A stretch of 64,000 nucleotides of DNA from Nannocystales bacterium (lineage in GTDB: Bacteria; Myxococcota_A; Polyangia; Nannocystales; Nannocystaceae). The position numbers and the translations under genes were made by a program. The notes under the pieces were generated by a model. The model made no database searches. It saw only the letters and a program-made list of their open reading frames with translations, and was not told the origin of the DNA. The DNA lies in NCBI GenBank assembly GCA_050633305.1, contig JBOEGF010000004.1, positions 1 to 64,000 of the forward strand. The letters run 5' to 3'. Positions 14,901 to 23,665 of this stretch are shown one piece after another; position 1 is the first letter of the stretch; the number at the start of each line of letters is the position of its first letter.

Positions 14901-17900
14901 GGACCAGCTGTCACGCCTGTCCGGGGTGCTCGGCGAGACCGAGCGCTATGCAGCGCTCCTGACCGACTACGTTCAGACGGACGGTGCGGACGACAACACC
15001 GATGAGATGCTCGCGGTGGTCCGAGAAGCATCGGACCTGTGGGCGGGGATTCTTCGGCAGCCCAATCGGGCGGTGCCGTTGTTGCAGCGGATTCGGCTGG
15101 CAAACCCCGACGACGCGCAGGTGTTCTCTGCACTCGAATCCACGTTGACGCACGCGGAAATGTGGCCAGAGCTTGGCACCCTGTACTGGTCCGAGGTCGA
15201 CAGCGCGCTGGAGGAAGACCGACAGATCGAGGTGTTGCGAAAGGTTGCAACGCTCGCCCAAGAGATGCTCGAGGACCCCGACGAGGCCGCGAAGGCGTAT
15301 CGACGCATGCTCGACGTCCGGCCCTCCTATGACCTGGCTCGGTCCCGCCTCGAGCAGATCTATGCCGACAACGATCGGCACCGCGACTTGCTCGACCTGC
15401 TTCGAGAGCGACTGGATCAGACCGAGGACCCGCATGTTCGATCCGAGGTCGGGCTGCGCATTGCGACGATTCAAGACGGCGCGCTCGAAGAGCCCGATGC
15501 GGCCGTGGACACGGTCGAGATGCTGCTCGCCGACCAGACCGACGCGCCCGAAGCCGTCCTGCTGCTCGAGCAGATCGCTCAGCGCCGTCGAGAGCTTCGT
15601 GCCCGGATCCTGGAGACGCTGCGGCCGATCTACGAGCGGGCAGGGAACATCCGCCGCATGGTCGAGGTCGACGAGTGGCGTCTGACGCAGACCGAGGACC
15701 CCGTCGCTCGCCACGAGCTGTATCGCGGCATGGCGACCCTGCTGGTCAATGCGCCGGACACCGCCGAGGCAGCCTTCCGCACGTTGTGTCGAGCGCTCGC
15801 CGAGCCGGGCCCGGTCGACACGCTCGAAGACCTCGACCAAGAGGTCGAGCGAATGGCAGGCGTCCTCGAGCTTCGCGGCGCCCTCGCCGAGGCCCTCGTC
15901 GCGGCCGCGGATGCCGAAAAACTACAGTCGGACGAAGACCGCCGCCTGTCGTTGATGGTGCGCGGTGCGGCCATCCTCGGGGAGCACGGTGCGGTGGAAA
16001 GAGCCGTGGACACGCTCCGAGGCGCGCTGGCGCTCCGGGACGAGCATCCCGAGGCGCTTGCGCGACTCGACGAGGCCCTGACGGCGCTGGGCTACCACGA
16101 AGAACTCGCAGGCGTGCTCGACAAGCGCGCCGGCGTCGCGGAGGACGATGGGGAGAGGGTGGAGTTGCTCCGCCGCCTCGCGAGCCTGTACGAGGAGGTC
16201 TTGGTTCGGCCCGAGGCGGCCGAGACCGCGTGGCGAGGCCTGCTCGACATCGAACCTGGCGACAAGGAAGCGCTTTCGCGCCTGAGCCGGGTCTACGAGG
16301 CTTCCGGGTCCACGAGCGAGCTGATGGACGTGCTCGAGCGGCAGGTCGAGAACTCGGTCGATGAGCAGGAGCGCCGAGACTTGCGGATGCAGCTTGCCAG
16401 CCTGCATCGCGAGACGATGAAGGACCGCGCTGCCGAGATCGATGTGCTGCGGTCGCTGTTGGCCGATGCGCCGAGCGACGACGATGCGATGGCCGCGTTG
16501 GCTCGGGCCCTCGAGGCGGAGGGGCGGCACGCCGAGGCGGCAGACGTTGTCTCCGAACGGGCCACGCTCACCCCCAACGACGAGCGACGCGCGTCGCTGA
16601 TGCTCGATGTGGCCCGGATCTACGCCGGGCCTCTCGAGGATGGGCCGGGGTCGCTGGAGCGCTACGAGCAGGTGCTGGCCATCATGCCCAGCCAGGACGG
16701 CGCGCTCTCGGACCTTGTCGCCCTTGCGAAGCACCCGGACTCGTTCGAGACCGCGGGCACGTTGGTGTTGGAGCCCCTGGAACAGGCTGGACGACTGGCC
16801 GAGCTGGCAGAGGTTCTGGAGGCCCGCGCTGCGCTCAGTCAGGACCCGACCGAGCAAGTCGAGGCGCTGCAGAAGCTCTCCCGCCTTCGCGTGGAGCGTT
16901 TGGACGACCTGCCGGGGGCTTTGGCCGCCTGCAACGCCCTGCTCGATGTCGTTGATGGTGAAGATGCACTGGCCGATGCGCTGGACCAAGGCGGACGGCT
17001 CGCGGTGCAGCTGGGTCAGGGCGTCGAGCACCTGGACCTGTTGGCGGCGCGAGCTGCCAACGAAGACCTCTCGCCAGACGCTCGCGTCGCGACCGCGATG
17101 TACGCCGCGAATCTGGCGGAAGAGGTCTTGGGAGACCCCGAGCGCGCGCTGGGCCTGCTGTCCCCGCTCGTCTCGTCGGGCCTTGCCACGCTGGATGTAT
17201 GCCTGCGTGTGGAGCGGCTTGGACAGGCCGCGTCGAACCCCGAGGCGGTCAGCGCGGCGCTGGTCGAGGGAGCTCGCTTGGCGCCGGACCCGTCGCAGCA
17301 GTCCGAGCTCTTCGTCCGTTTGGGCGATGTGCGTCGGGGCGCTGGCGAGACGGAAACAGCCCTCGATGCATACCGCGAGTCGTTCGACATCGATGGGGCC
17401 TCCGCCGCTGTACGCGGTATGGAAGCCCTGTTGGCGTCCGGAGGCGAGGTGCCCTCGCCAGCGTTGCTCGACGCCTTGGACCAGGCTTACCAGGCCGCGG
17501 GGGACAGGCGCGGGCAGTCACAGGTCACTGCGCTTCGGCTCAACGCCGCGGATGAGAGCGACCAGCCCCGCCTGCTGGAGCAGCTGGCGACGCTGCGTGA
17601 AGAAGGGGGAGGCTCGCCCGAGGAGGCGCTCGAGGCGTGGGGACGTCTCCTGGTCCACGACCCGGATGCGTCGTCTGTCTTGGAGCGCGTGCTGGGTCTT
17701 GCCGAGTCCGATCCGTCCCTGGTACGGCCCGCGGTCGACAAGTTGCTCGAGGCGATCGAAGCCGCTGCGGCCCGCGAGCATGTCCCCGTTGGCGTGTGTG
17801 TGAAGACGGCCGGACTGCAGCTCGAAGCGATGCGAGACCCGGCGGCTGCGATGAAGACGATCGGGGTGGTGCTGGAGGACCAGCCGGACATGCCCGAGGC

Positions 17901-19665
17901 GCTGGACCTGTTGATCGCAGCGTCCCGGGCGGGGGGCGAAGCCTCCACGCTTCACGATGCACTCGCTCGAAGCGCGGGGTTGCAGAGTGACCCGGTCGTG
18001 GCGGTCGAGCTGTGGAACGAAGCTGCGACGGTTGCACAGAGCGCGCTGGCCAACCCCGAGCTCGCGATCGAGGACCTTGAGCAGCTCATCTCGGTCGACG
18101 AGAACGACACACGCGCATGGCAGACCCTGCTGTCGCTTCGTGGAGCCGCCGCGGAGCCAGAGGCACTGGCCGATGCACTTGGTCGCCGCGCCGGCATCAC
18201 CCCCGATGCCGATGAGCGACGTGAGCTTCGGTATCGGCTGGCCAACCTGCTCGTCGACAAACTCGAACGCACCGAGGACGCGGTCACGGTCTACCAAGAC
18301 ATGCTCTCCGACCGCCCGGACGATGCGGGGGCCCTCGCTGAACTCGAGGTCCTGCTTCGTCGCCTCGAGCAGTGGGAGGATGTTCGCGATGTCCTGGAGC
18401 GCAAGCTCGAAGTCGCCGAAGGCGAGGACCGGGTCGCGGTCTTGGAAGACTTGGCCCAGGTCGCCGAACATCGCCTGGAGGACGTCTCCGATGCTGTTGA
18501 GCGGTACCAGCAGATCTTGGTCGAGCGTCCGGGCTATGGGCCCGCGCAACAGGCGTTGGAGCGGTTGCTCACCGCGGAGGAACGGTGGGTCGAGCTCTCC
18601 GAGGCGCTCGAGGACCGGATGCATCGGTGCCGGGACCAAGGTGACCAGGAGGGATACCGGTCGGTGACGTCCCGGCTCGCCACGCTCCTTGCTTCCGAAC
18701 TGAGTCATCCCGAGCGCGCCAAAGAGCTGCTCGACGCACTGCTCGAGGCCGACCCCGGCTACGTGCCGGCGTTGTTGGGCAAAGCTGCGGTGTACGAGGC
18801 GATGGGTGAGGACGGGGCCATGCAGCTCACGCTGCGGCGTGCGGCCGACCTCGATCCGCAGGGCTCCGAAGGGGCAGCGCTGCATCTGCGGCTGGCATCT
18901 CTGGAGCGGGACGCGGACGTGCGACAGGGGCACTTGGAGCGGGCACTTCAGCTCGACCCCGCGAACCTCGAGGCTGGGCAGGCTCTGCTCGACCTGTACC
19001 GAGGCAATGAGCAGTGGGACAAACTCGCGTACGCGCTCGAGTTGGTCGCCGGGCGTACAGAGGATGCGATGGCCCGCCAGGGCCTGATCCTCGAACGGGT
19101 GGATGTCATGCTCCACCACATGGGAGATGCCGACGGGGCGCTCCGAGTGCTGCACACCCTGTACAAGGACACCCAGGACGATGTCGGGATCAACCGGCGG
19201 ATCGCGGATGCCCTGTATGCGGCCGACCGCTTCGAGGACGCGTCCAACATGTATGGGTGGTTGGTCCAGGTCGGGCGTCAGGCCAAACGCAACAAGGCGC
19301 TGGCACACGACCTGACACGCCTGGCTCGTATCAGCTTGGCGGGGTCAGAGCCTGATGGGGCGAAAGACCAGTTGCTCGAGGCGTATCGGATCGACACGAC
19401 AAACGTCGAGACGCTGATGGTCCTGGGGTCGGTGCACGAGAAAGAGTCGGATTGGCGCGATGCACTGAAGATCTACCGGACGATGCTGTTGCAGAACGCG
19501 GACCAGTCCGGCCTGCTGCGCCGCGGCGACATCTACGTCAACTTGGCCCGTGCCCACGTCGCTCTGGATGAGAAGCCCAAGGCCCGCGCCATGCTGCGTC
19601 GGGGTCTCGAAGAGGACAACGAGCACCCCGAACTCACCGGGCAGCTTGCGGCACTCGACGACTAG
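8992..19665 (+). CDS. giant (3557 aa) tetratricopeptide-repeat protein, AgmK/GltI-like
   Basis: Uninterrupted ORF of dozens of TPR-like units (ALxxLxRLY...WxxL, LGDxxxAxxxYxxVLxLxP), no signal peptide. The architecture resembles myxobacterial AgmK-type proteins. Confidence 0.9.
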   Translation: MAEVRSALAQLLSADNDDARAALAAALEGVDLAQARIEAKNNPDSAEAVATVLGAMLIQGSEDADLVDTAKAAAQRAPRDGNGNESVLTAAMVLWRRGEQPQLAEPYYRRVRRSDPAHPDVLAFYRELFGDESKTTQLIQVLVQARRASKDPQVRFGLAEEVATLAEERLGSGDRAIEMWRSVIREDGHDPRASEALVRLYRAGGKWTALVDLLKDELERLGSGDEVKEQRIAALLEIAALYRDKLRLDTMALATLQRILEVDPSHEESLDALADTYAKAGRHADLLGVYDKRIAAAAAENDTERECELLRKMATIWVEQLGNPQRALEPLGRVLTLAPKDKDARALLARIHEERRDFRALIGLRREELEDLEGEEALTARIDLARLAEDRLGDRREAIEAWNDVLTNHGDDDRALAALARLYERESRWAHAAEILHRKLRTCDRDQAIALLQHLGGLYGDRLQNRTSAIRVWTEVLRLSPGHDKATRRLRDAFVADRRWDDLTSLYERQRRLADLVEVLQSAADRIADIEERVLLYRRVAGLCNERLGQPERALKALERTLAIQPDNLDVARELLPIYREQSNWARLMSTYEVLLAAAEADDERLELLASMREVAEDRLHSPALTLQLASKAYHLRPADESLREQLEQAAEGADGWDELTTIFEARIEAEGVEDEERLVLLEKLAIIARDRLFKPDDAQRYYRRIIELQPTNAGAMAALEDIYSSTRRWDDLSEVYRKRLDVTDDVDARLATLRGLAKLQEDQLGDLEAAAQSYRTILTLSDNDAASLDALTRIYRNRGQWAELAAVLEQKLDLSSSDTSRVPLIFELAQLHAARLQEPQRAVEEFLSVLDLDGSHKESVAALEELRQADPSTSLAVMQGLLPYYKRTENRPKEAEAMEVIVGAEEVDATRLELLTTLAGIYERMDERREDALRIRDQLFRADPAQWDARQVLVRLGGELGRMQDVSDAYEAALLGVASEAEAAEAEGRTLPRERANLRRDLLLEHAVILRDQLGEPARAEAAFGVVLSHDETHQAAYEALEALLRGRDAHEDLVALYRRRVDVTFNQREQKELLSRIIELSRNVLGDRRTAVATAEELLDLIPDDLGTIGLLAGMYAEGTETDDYFKLEETLGRQAELVEDAAEARELRVRQASLRMQYLGDAFGAVDLLGQVLGDDPDHEEARRLLEELLGISEVQLQACALLEPLYVRSGDHIGRIRVANVRREQAESMGAHDDSIGYLMKIAAVYETDLGDPGTAMSYVREAYLKDPTRFDTRQEIERLGLGLGRFSELSEVWIAALAHERVVDSALRIDLTTRHARLLDQHLRDQEGAREAYSQLLALDPPDATLAHEAVSKLCRLHLEAGDGVALVAAKRALLRFVDTSAQQVDVRLEIAAVQLELRDRVGAALTFSEVLDRQPSNSVALDALEQLFSEEEEWARLVEVIEHRIGVTSEARSKAALWRQFGELHRDKLDNPHRAIESFQSVIDLKVGREETTYALQSLTDLHEALEHWPDVDECLRRLTTIAQTEDIRVGLLTRTAVVVGKKLSRGSDALDLLKRVLDLAPTDARARSEVAGYLEPDATRDRAIRILTPLYEAEQNWPALVELEELQARKQPSGRRRLQALLKVADTQEEKLQDPDKAFGVLCEAMVEAADQPELEAILEKVERLGAEPDRAEPLLAAYSQTVDHILDSGLQERVFRSQGKVALDRLGQLDVARHAFQRVLELSPDAADAADALEQIYLRQEDHQPLADLLVSRADRASETEVRDAALTRAAELNRDHLGNPEEAIRLYERLSADAMATPELQDVLEPLYEQAERWRELAAHLNRKLARQERGDAVQTHLRLGRLYGGRLDDSETGIHHLSAALKLDPDQAVATEELDRYLEDPAMRTRVAELLEPVFAAVADWNRLIQIQEIRLADAADDATRMRILMRVAQIEEEQLEDLERAMTSYERLFREQPTSRRVRDQLSRLSGVLGETERYAALLTDYVQTDGADDNTDEMLAVVREASDLWAGILRQPNRAVPLLQRIRLANPDDAQVFSALESTLTHAEMWPELGTLYWSEVDSALEEDRQIEVLRKVATLAQEMLEDPDEAAKAYRRMLDVRPSYDLARSRLEQIYADNDRHRDLLDLLRERLDQTEDPHVRSEVGLRIATIQDGALEEPDAAVDTVEMLLADQTDAPEAVLLLEQIAQRRRELRARILETLRPIYERAGNIRRMVEVDEWRLTQTEDPVARHELYRGMATLLVNAPDTAEAAFRTLCRALAEPGPVDTLEDLDQEVERMAGVLELRGALAEALVAAADAEKLQSDEDRRLSLMVRGAAILGEHGAVERAVDTLRGALALRDEHPEALARLDEALTALGYHEELAGVLDKRAGVAEDDGERVELLRRLASLYEEVLVRPEAAETAWRGLLDIEPGDKEALSRLSRVYEASGSTSELMDVLERQVENSVDEQERRDLRMQLASLHRETMKDRAAEIDVLRSLLADAPSDDDAMAALARALEAEGRHAEAADVVSERATLTPNDERRASLMLDVARIYAGPLEDGPGSLERYEQVLAIMPSQDGALSDLVALAKHPDSFETAGTLVLEPLEQAGRLAELAEVLEARAALSQDPTEQVEALQKLSRLRVERLDDLPGALAACNALLDVVDGEDALADALDQGGRLAVQLGQGVEHLDLLAARAANEDLSPDARVATAMYAANLAEEVLGDPERALGLLSPLVSSGLATLDVCLRVERLGQAASNPEAVSAALVEGARLAPDPSQQSELFVRLGDVRRGAGETETALDAYRESFDIDGASAAVRGMEALLASGGEVPSPALLDALDQAYQAAGDRRGQSQVTALRLNAADESDQPRLLEQLATLREEGGGSPEEALEAWGRLLVHDPDASSVLERVLGLAESDPSLVRPAVDKLLEAIEAAAAREHVPVGVCVKTAGLQLEAMRDPAAAMKTIGVVLEDQPDMPEALDLLIAASRAGGEASTLHDALARSAGLQSDPVVAVELWNEAATVAQSALANPELAIEDLEQLISVDENDTRAWQTLLSLRGAAAEPEALADALGRRAGITPDADERRELRYRLANLLVDKLERTEDAVTVYQDMLSDRPDDAGALAELEVLLRRLEQWEDVRDVLERKLEVAEGEDRVAVLEDLAQVAEHRLEDVSDAVERYQQILVERPGYGPAQQALERLLTAEERWVELSEALEDRMHRCRDQGDQEGYRSVTSRLATLLASELSHPERAKELLDALLEADPGYVPALLGKAAVYEAMGEDGAMQLTLRRAADLDPQGSEGAALHLRLASLERDADVRQGHLERALQLDPANLEAGQALLDLYRGNEQWDKLAYALELVAGRTEDAMARQGLILERVDVMLHHMGDADGALRVLHTLYKDTQDDVGINRRIADALYAADRFEDASNMYGWLVQVGRQAKRNKALAHDLTRLARISLAGSEPDGAKDQLLEAYRIDTTNVETLMVLGSVHEKESDWRDALKIYRTMLLQNADQSGLLRRGDIYVNLARAHVALDEKPKARAMLRRGLEEDNEHPELTGQLAALDD

Positions 19666-19685
19666 CGCCGGGAGGTCGGTGTGTT

Positions 19686-19711
19686 GAAAGGGCCTCTTCG
19701 GGGGCCCTTTC
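19686..19711. terminator. bidirectional terminator-like hairpin between convergent genes
   Basis: GAAAGGGCCTC-TTCG-GGGGCCCTTTC, an 11-bp stem with a UUCG loop. Confidence 0.75.
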
Positions 19712-19758
19712 TCGTGGTTGGGGGAGGACCGCGGACTGCAGTCCGCGGGTCGAGGAGC

Positions 19759-21102
19759 CTAGCTCTTGTAGGTTTCGGGGTGCATCTCGAAGCGCTCGAG
19801 CCACCGTTGAATCTGGTACGGGTCTCGGCCCATCGCGCTCGCGATGGCATCGCAATCACCGCTGAACTTGGCGAGGTGCCGCACCAGATCGGCCCGAATG
19901 CGTCGGACCTCGTCGGGGCTCTGCGGCAGGCCATCGTCCTGCTCGAGAATCTCGGCCAACGCGTCCGCGGTGATCGTTCCATCTCCGCTGGCGAGCAGGC
20001 TCGCGGTCGTCATGGTCTGCGTCAGCTGACGGACGTTGAAGGGCCAAGCTCGCCCAAGGATCCGCCGGAACGCGTTGGATGTGAGCCGGGTGGGGCGGCC
20101 GTCTCGCTGCAGGTTCTGGATGAACGAGCGGCACAACAAGCCGAGGTCTTCCCGGCGGGCCCGGACCGGTGGAAGCTCCGCGACGAACCCGGCGAGCCGC
20201 GAGTAGAGGTCGGGCCGAAAATCCCCGGATTCAACGCGTTGCGAGAGATCTTGCAGCGTCGAGGCGACGAGGCGCACGTCGAGCGCTCCGCGACCCGTTC
20301 CGGTGGTGGCCCGGGAATCCGTGAGGACCGAGAGAAGCTTGGACTGCACGGCCCCCGACAGCTCGCCCAGCTCGTCGAGCATCAGGGTGCCACCGTCGGC
20401 TTGTTCGAACAGCCCCGGGCGCTCGCCATCGCCAAACAGCAACGCCTCCACCCGGTTCTCGGACATCGCGGCCAGGTTGGCGACGACGAAGGGACCTGGG
20501 CGTCCGCTGACCCGATGGATCGCGCGCGCCAAGTACTCCTTGCCGGTGCCCGTCTCACCGCGGAGCAGCAGAGGGACCGTGCTGGGGGCGAGGCGCTTGA
20601 GTGTGCGCTGAAGTTGGTGCAGGTGCGGGCTGCAGGTGCCCGCGGGATCGAACTCGGTCGCCTTGGGCCGCTGCGTGTTGCCGCGGATCGCCCGTACCGT
20701 CCAGAACGAACGTCCGACCTCGAACACATCACCGGGGCGAAGCTTGACCGCCCCTGAGATCCGCTCGCCGTTGACGAGCGTGCCGTTGCGGCTGCCGAGG
20801 TCTCGCAGCGTGAACCCGATGCCGGCGCCGCGCGGCACGACCTCGAGTTCTGCATGCTCACCGCTCACCCAGCCGTAGGGGATGCCGACTTCGTTCTCGA
20901 TCTCCGCCTCGAAGAATCGAAGCTCATCGGAGCTGTCGTCGCGTCCGAACTTGACCTGTTGGGTGACCGCGAGGTCGAAGATGCGTCCGGCGTGGGCGAA
21001 GCCATCTTCGGGCGAGCCGATCGAGATCAGCCAGGCACTCTCGGCCCCGCCGCCGTCGTTGGACTCGTCTTCGACGAGGGTGTCGTTCTTCGAGTCGATC
21101 AT
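19759..21102 (-). CDS. FHA-domain NtrC-family AAA+ regulator lacking the GAFTGA loop
   Basis: FHA (GR...VSGEHA...DLGSRNGTLVNG), Walker A GETGTGKE, Walker B LMLDELGEL, FRPDLYSRL, WPFNVRQL, C-terminal HTH. Confidence 0.9.
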   Translation of the reverse strand: MIDSKNDTLVEDESNDGGGAESAWLISIGSPEDGFAHAGRIFDLAVTQQVKFGRDDSSDELRFFEAEIENEVGIPYGWVSGEHAELEVVPRGAGIGFTLRDLGSRNGTLVNGERISGAVKLRPGDVFEVGRSFWTVRAIRGNTQRPKATEFDPAGTCSPHLHQLQRTLKRLAPSTVPLLLRGETGTGKEYLARAIHRVSGRPGPFVVANLAAMSENRVEALLFGDGERPGLFEQADGGTLMLDELGELSGAVQSKLLSVLTDSRATTGTGRGALDVRLVASTLQDLSQRVESGDFRPDLYSRLAGFVAELPPVRARREDLGLLCRSFIQNLQRDGRPTRLTSNAFRRILGRAWPFNVRQLTQTMTTASLLASGDGTITADALAEILEQDDGLPQSPDEVRRIRADLVRHLAKFSGDCDAIASAMGRDPYQIQRWLERFEMHPETYKS

Positions 21103-21200
21103 CGGCGCGCGCCCTTGATCGTACGGACCCAGGGCGACGTCGGTCAACGGTCAGCGGACGCCTTTGACCGCCGCAGACGTTCGGCGTAGGTAGGTGTGGG

Positions 21201-21914
21201 TCAGGAGGGTGCCGCGGCACACTCTTCGTCGACTTCGTTGTCGCAGTCGTCGTCGAGCCCGTTGCAGATCTCCGCGCCCGGCTGGACGTCCTGAATGCAC
21301 CGGACCTTGCCCTGAACGCATTTGTTGGTACCCGCAAGGCACACCCCCGCCTTTCCGGTCGTGCAGGTGAGCCGATCTTCGGACACGGCGTCTTCGTCCG
21401 TCTGGCCGTCACAGTCGTCGTCGAGACCGTTGCAGGTCTCCGCCGTCGGCTCGACGATCGGGGCGTCGCAGGTGCTGCTGGCGGCGTCGTCGGAGCAGCG
21501 CCACCGGCCCTGGGTGCGGCACACGCCCTCGGCCCCTTGTCGGAAACACAGGGCGCCTTCGCGTTCGAATCCGTTGTCGACGACGCCATCGCAGTCGTCA
21601 TCGATGTTGTTGCAGAGGTCTTTGGAGGGCACGACTTCGCCGCTGCACTCCCCCCACGCCCCGTTTTCGCAGGTCCGCTGTCCCAGACGACATGCGCCTC
21701 GTCCGGCGGTTCCATCGGGTCCGGTGTAGCAATCCTCGGAGACCCCGCTGTAGCAGGAGGGTCCTTCTTCGAGTTCTTCGTTGCGACGCTGTTTCTCCAG
21801 CATCTGATCGGACGTCGCGCAGGCTCCACCGACCATGCCGGCGAGCACTGCTCCCAGGACGGAGATGGACAACAGGCGAGGAACGGCCGAGGAGGCGTCG
21901 GGTCGGGCGACCAT
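21201..21914 (-). CDS. Cys-rich lipoprotein with MopE-related putative metal-binding repeats
   Basis: Lipobox VGGA-C and three CN(G/N)xDDDCDxxxD repeats. Confidence 0.8.
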   Translation of the reverse strand: MVARPDASSAVPRLLSISVLGAVLAGMVGGACATSDQMLEKQRRNEELEEGPSCYSGVSEDCYTGPDGTAGRGACRLGQRTCENGAWGECSGEVVPSKDLCNNIDDDCDGVVDNGFEREGALCFRQGAEGVCRTQGRWRCSDDAASSTCDAPIVEPTAETCNGLDDDCDGQTDEDAVSEDRLTCTTGKAGVCLAGTNKCVQGKVRCIQDVQPGAEICNGLDDDCDNEVDEECAAAPS

Positions 21915-21953
21915 AGCGGGAAGATACACCGGCTGATATCGTGCGCCCATTCT

Positions 21954-22409
21954 GTGACCGCTCTGGGCAAGGTCTATCTCGGTGTTTCGCTCACGTTGGT
22001 GGTGCTCGGAGTGCTGTGGGCGAGCACCACCCTGCAGTCGAACTCGGCTTGGGTGGAGGTTGTGGTCTCGGTTCCGAGGGCAAACCTGCTCGCGCCGCTC
22101 TCCAACGTCCGATATCACGTCAACTTGGCCGCGCTGATGGCGGGCTGGCTTGTCGCGGCATCGCTCATCACGTTCGCGGCGATCCGGGCCCCGTTCAGGA
22201 TCCGCACCGTCGCTCGAACGCGACGGCGGGTGAAAGAACTGGAGCGAGAGGTTCTCGATCTTCGGCGTCTCCCCCTCCGGCAGCAGGAGGAGGACGATCT
22301 GCTGGCCGCTGAGGCGCAGCTCGAAGACGGCACCAAGAAGGTGATGACCGAGAAGTTCATGCGCGATGATGCCGAGGTTCCCAAGTCCCGGCGCGGAGGC
22401 GCGCGATGA
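21954..22409 (+). CDS. lapA: LapA-like membrane protein
   Basis: Two TM helices followed by a coiled coil (RRRVKELEREVLDLRRLPL). It overlaps the start of the LapB-like gene. GTG start inferred. Confidence 0.6.
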   Translation: MTALGKVYLGVSLTLVVLGVLWASTTLQSNSAWVEVVVSVPRANLLAPLSNVRYHVNLAALMAGWLVAASLITFAAIRAPFRIRTVARTRRRVKELEREVLDLRRLPLRQQEEDDLLAAEAQLEDGTKKVMTEKFMRDDAEVPKSRRGGAR

Positions 22410-23596
22410 TGACCTTGTTCGTCGCCCTGCTGTGTCTGGCAGCGGGCTTTGGGGGAGGTTGGTGGTACGTCGCCCCCCGTCGCCAGGTGGTCGAGGCGCT
22501 CGCGCGGCGGTCTCGAGTGCTCTACGAGTTGGCCGAGGGCGATCTCGAGAACGTGGCGACAGAGCTGGAAGCGCTGGCGGAAGCCGAGCCGGCCGACAGC
22601 ACGGCGTTTCTCGCCCTCGCGGCCCTGGATCGTCGGCGGGGCCGCGTCGAGCGGGCCAAGGCGATCCACCGCACGGTCTTGGCTTCAGCCGACTTGCCCG
22701 CGGACCAAAGGGTCGCCGCGCTGGTGGGACTGGGGCGGGATCTACTCGCGCAGGGCAGCGAGCGGGCTGCGGTGGGCGCTTTGATGCGAGCCGCTTCCCT
22801 GGCGCGTGCGTCCGTGGCAACCCTGGAGTCGCTCGCGCAGGCGCTCGAGCAAGCTGGGGCCTGGGAGTTCGCCGCAGCGACCTGGGAACGGCACGAGAAG
22901 CAGGTCGAAGGTCGACGCCGTCGAGAGAGCCGGATTCGTCGCGGCCACGCGCTCGCCGGGCAGGCCACCATCGCCTTGGCCGAGGGGGACGCTCGAAAAG
23001 CCAAGCGCCTCGCGGACCGCGCGACGGAACTCGCTCCCGACAGTGGCCACGTTTGGACCACGGCAGCACGTGTCGAGTCGGGCGGCACAGATGCTCGAGC
23101 AGCGCTCGCGGCTTGGCAGCGCGCGTGGGAGCTAGCCCCCGCTGGCGCTCACGTGGTCGTGCCCGAGGCGTGGCGATGGGCGACCGAGCAGGGCAGGGTG
23201 GCCGACCTCGTCGAACGCATGCTCACGACCTTGCGGACCGTGCAGTCGCCATCGTTGATCGTCGCGCTGGCCGATCGTGTGGCGCGTCAGCACTCCGATC
23301 AGGCTGCGGCGGCGCTGGAGCGTGCGGCGGAGCACTCCGCGGAGGCGACGCTGGCCCTGGTCCGGTTGCGCCTGTCGCGGGGGCAGCGGGATCTGGCCCG
23401 CGAGGCGGCGATGGGGGAGCTTCCTCCGCACAACCTCCTGTGCGATCGATGCGGTGTGAGCATGGCTCGCTTCCGGTTCCGCTGTGACAGCTGTGGTGGC
23501 TGGGACGTGGCCACCGACCACGGCCTGGATCGGAGCGCCGCAGAGCGGACTCGGGACCTCGACCGCGATATCGCGGGGCGCCCGTTGCGGAGCTGA
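22406..23596 (+). CDS. lapB: LapB (YciM)-like TPR protein with C-terminal rubredoxin-type zinc ribbon
   Basis: N-terminal TM, RRRGRVERAKAIHRTVL and LGRDLLAQG motifs, and CDRCG...CDSCGGW. Confidence 0.8.
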   Translation: MMTLFVALLCLAAGFGGGWWYVAPRRQVVEALARRSRVLYELAEGDLENVATELEALAEAEPADSTAFLALAALDRRRGRVERAKAIHRTVLASADLPADQRVAALVGLGRDLLAQGSERAAVGALMRAASLARASVATLESLAQALEQAGAWEFAAATWERHEKQVEGRRRRESRIRRGHALAGQATIALAEGDARKAKRLADRATELAPDSGHVWTTAARVESGGTDARAALAAWQRAWELAPAGAHVVVPEAWRWATEQGRVADLVERMLTTLRTVQSPSLIVALADRVARQHSDQAAAALERAAEHSAEATLALVRLRLSRGQRDLAREAAMGELPPHNLLCDRCGVSMARFRFRCDSCGGWDVATDHGLDRSAAERTRDLDRDIAGRPLRS

Positions 23597-23665
23597 TCAC
23601 ATTGGAATCAAGCGCCCCCGAGGGTTGTGAGACCGCCCGGAGATGTGCGATCCCAGGGGGCGCGC

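Noticed and set aside
8695..19626. Many long antisense and alternate-frame ORFs over the giant TPR gene (for example 12460-14067, 17518-19308)
   Set aside because: Shadow ORFs expected from high-GC codon bias. They have no recognisable motifs.
21201..23069. 622-aa minus-strand ORF as a single protein
   Set aside because: Only the last 237 aa or so (from ATG 21914) look real. The rest is antisense to lapA/lapB.
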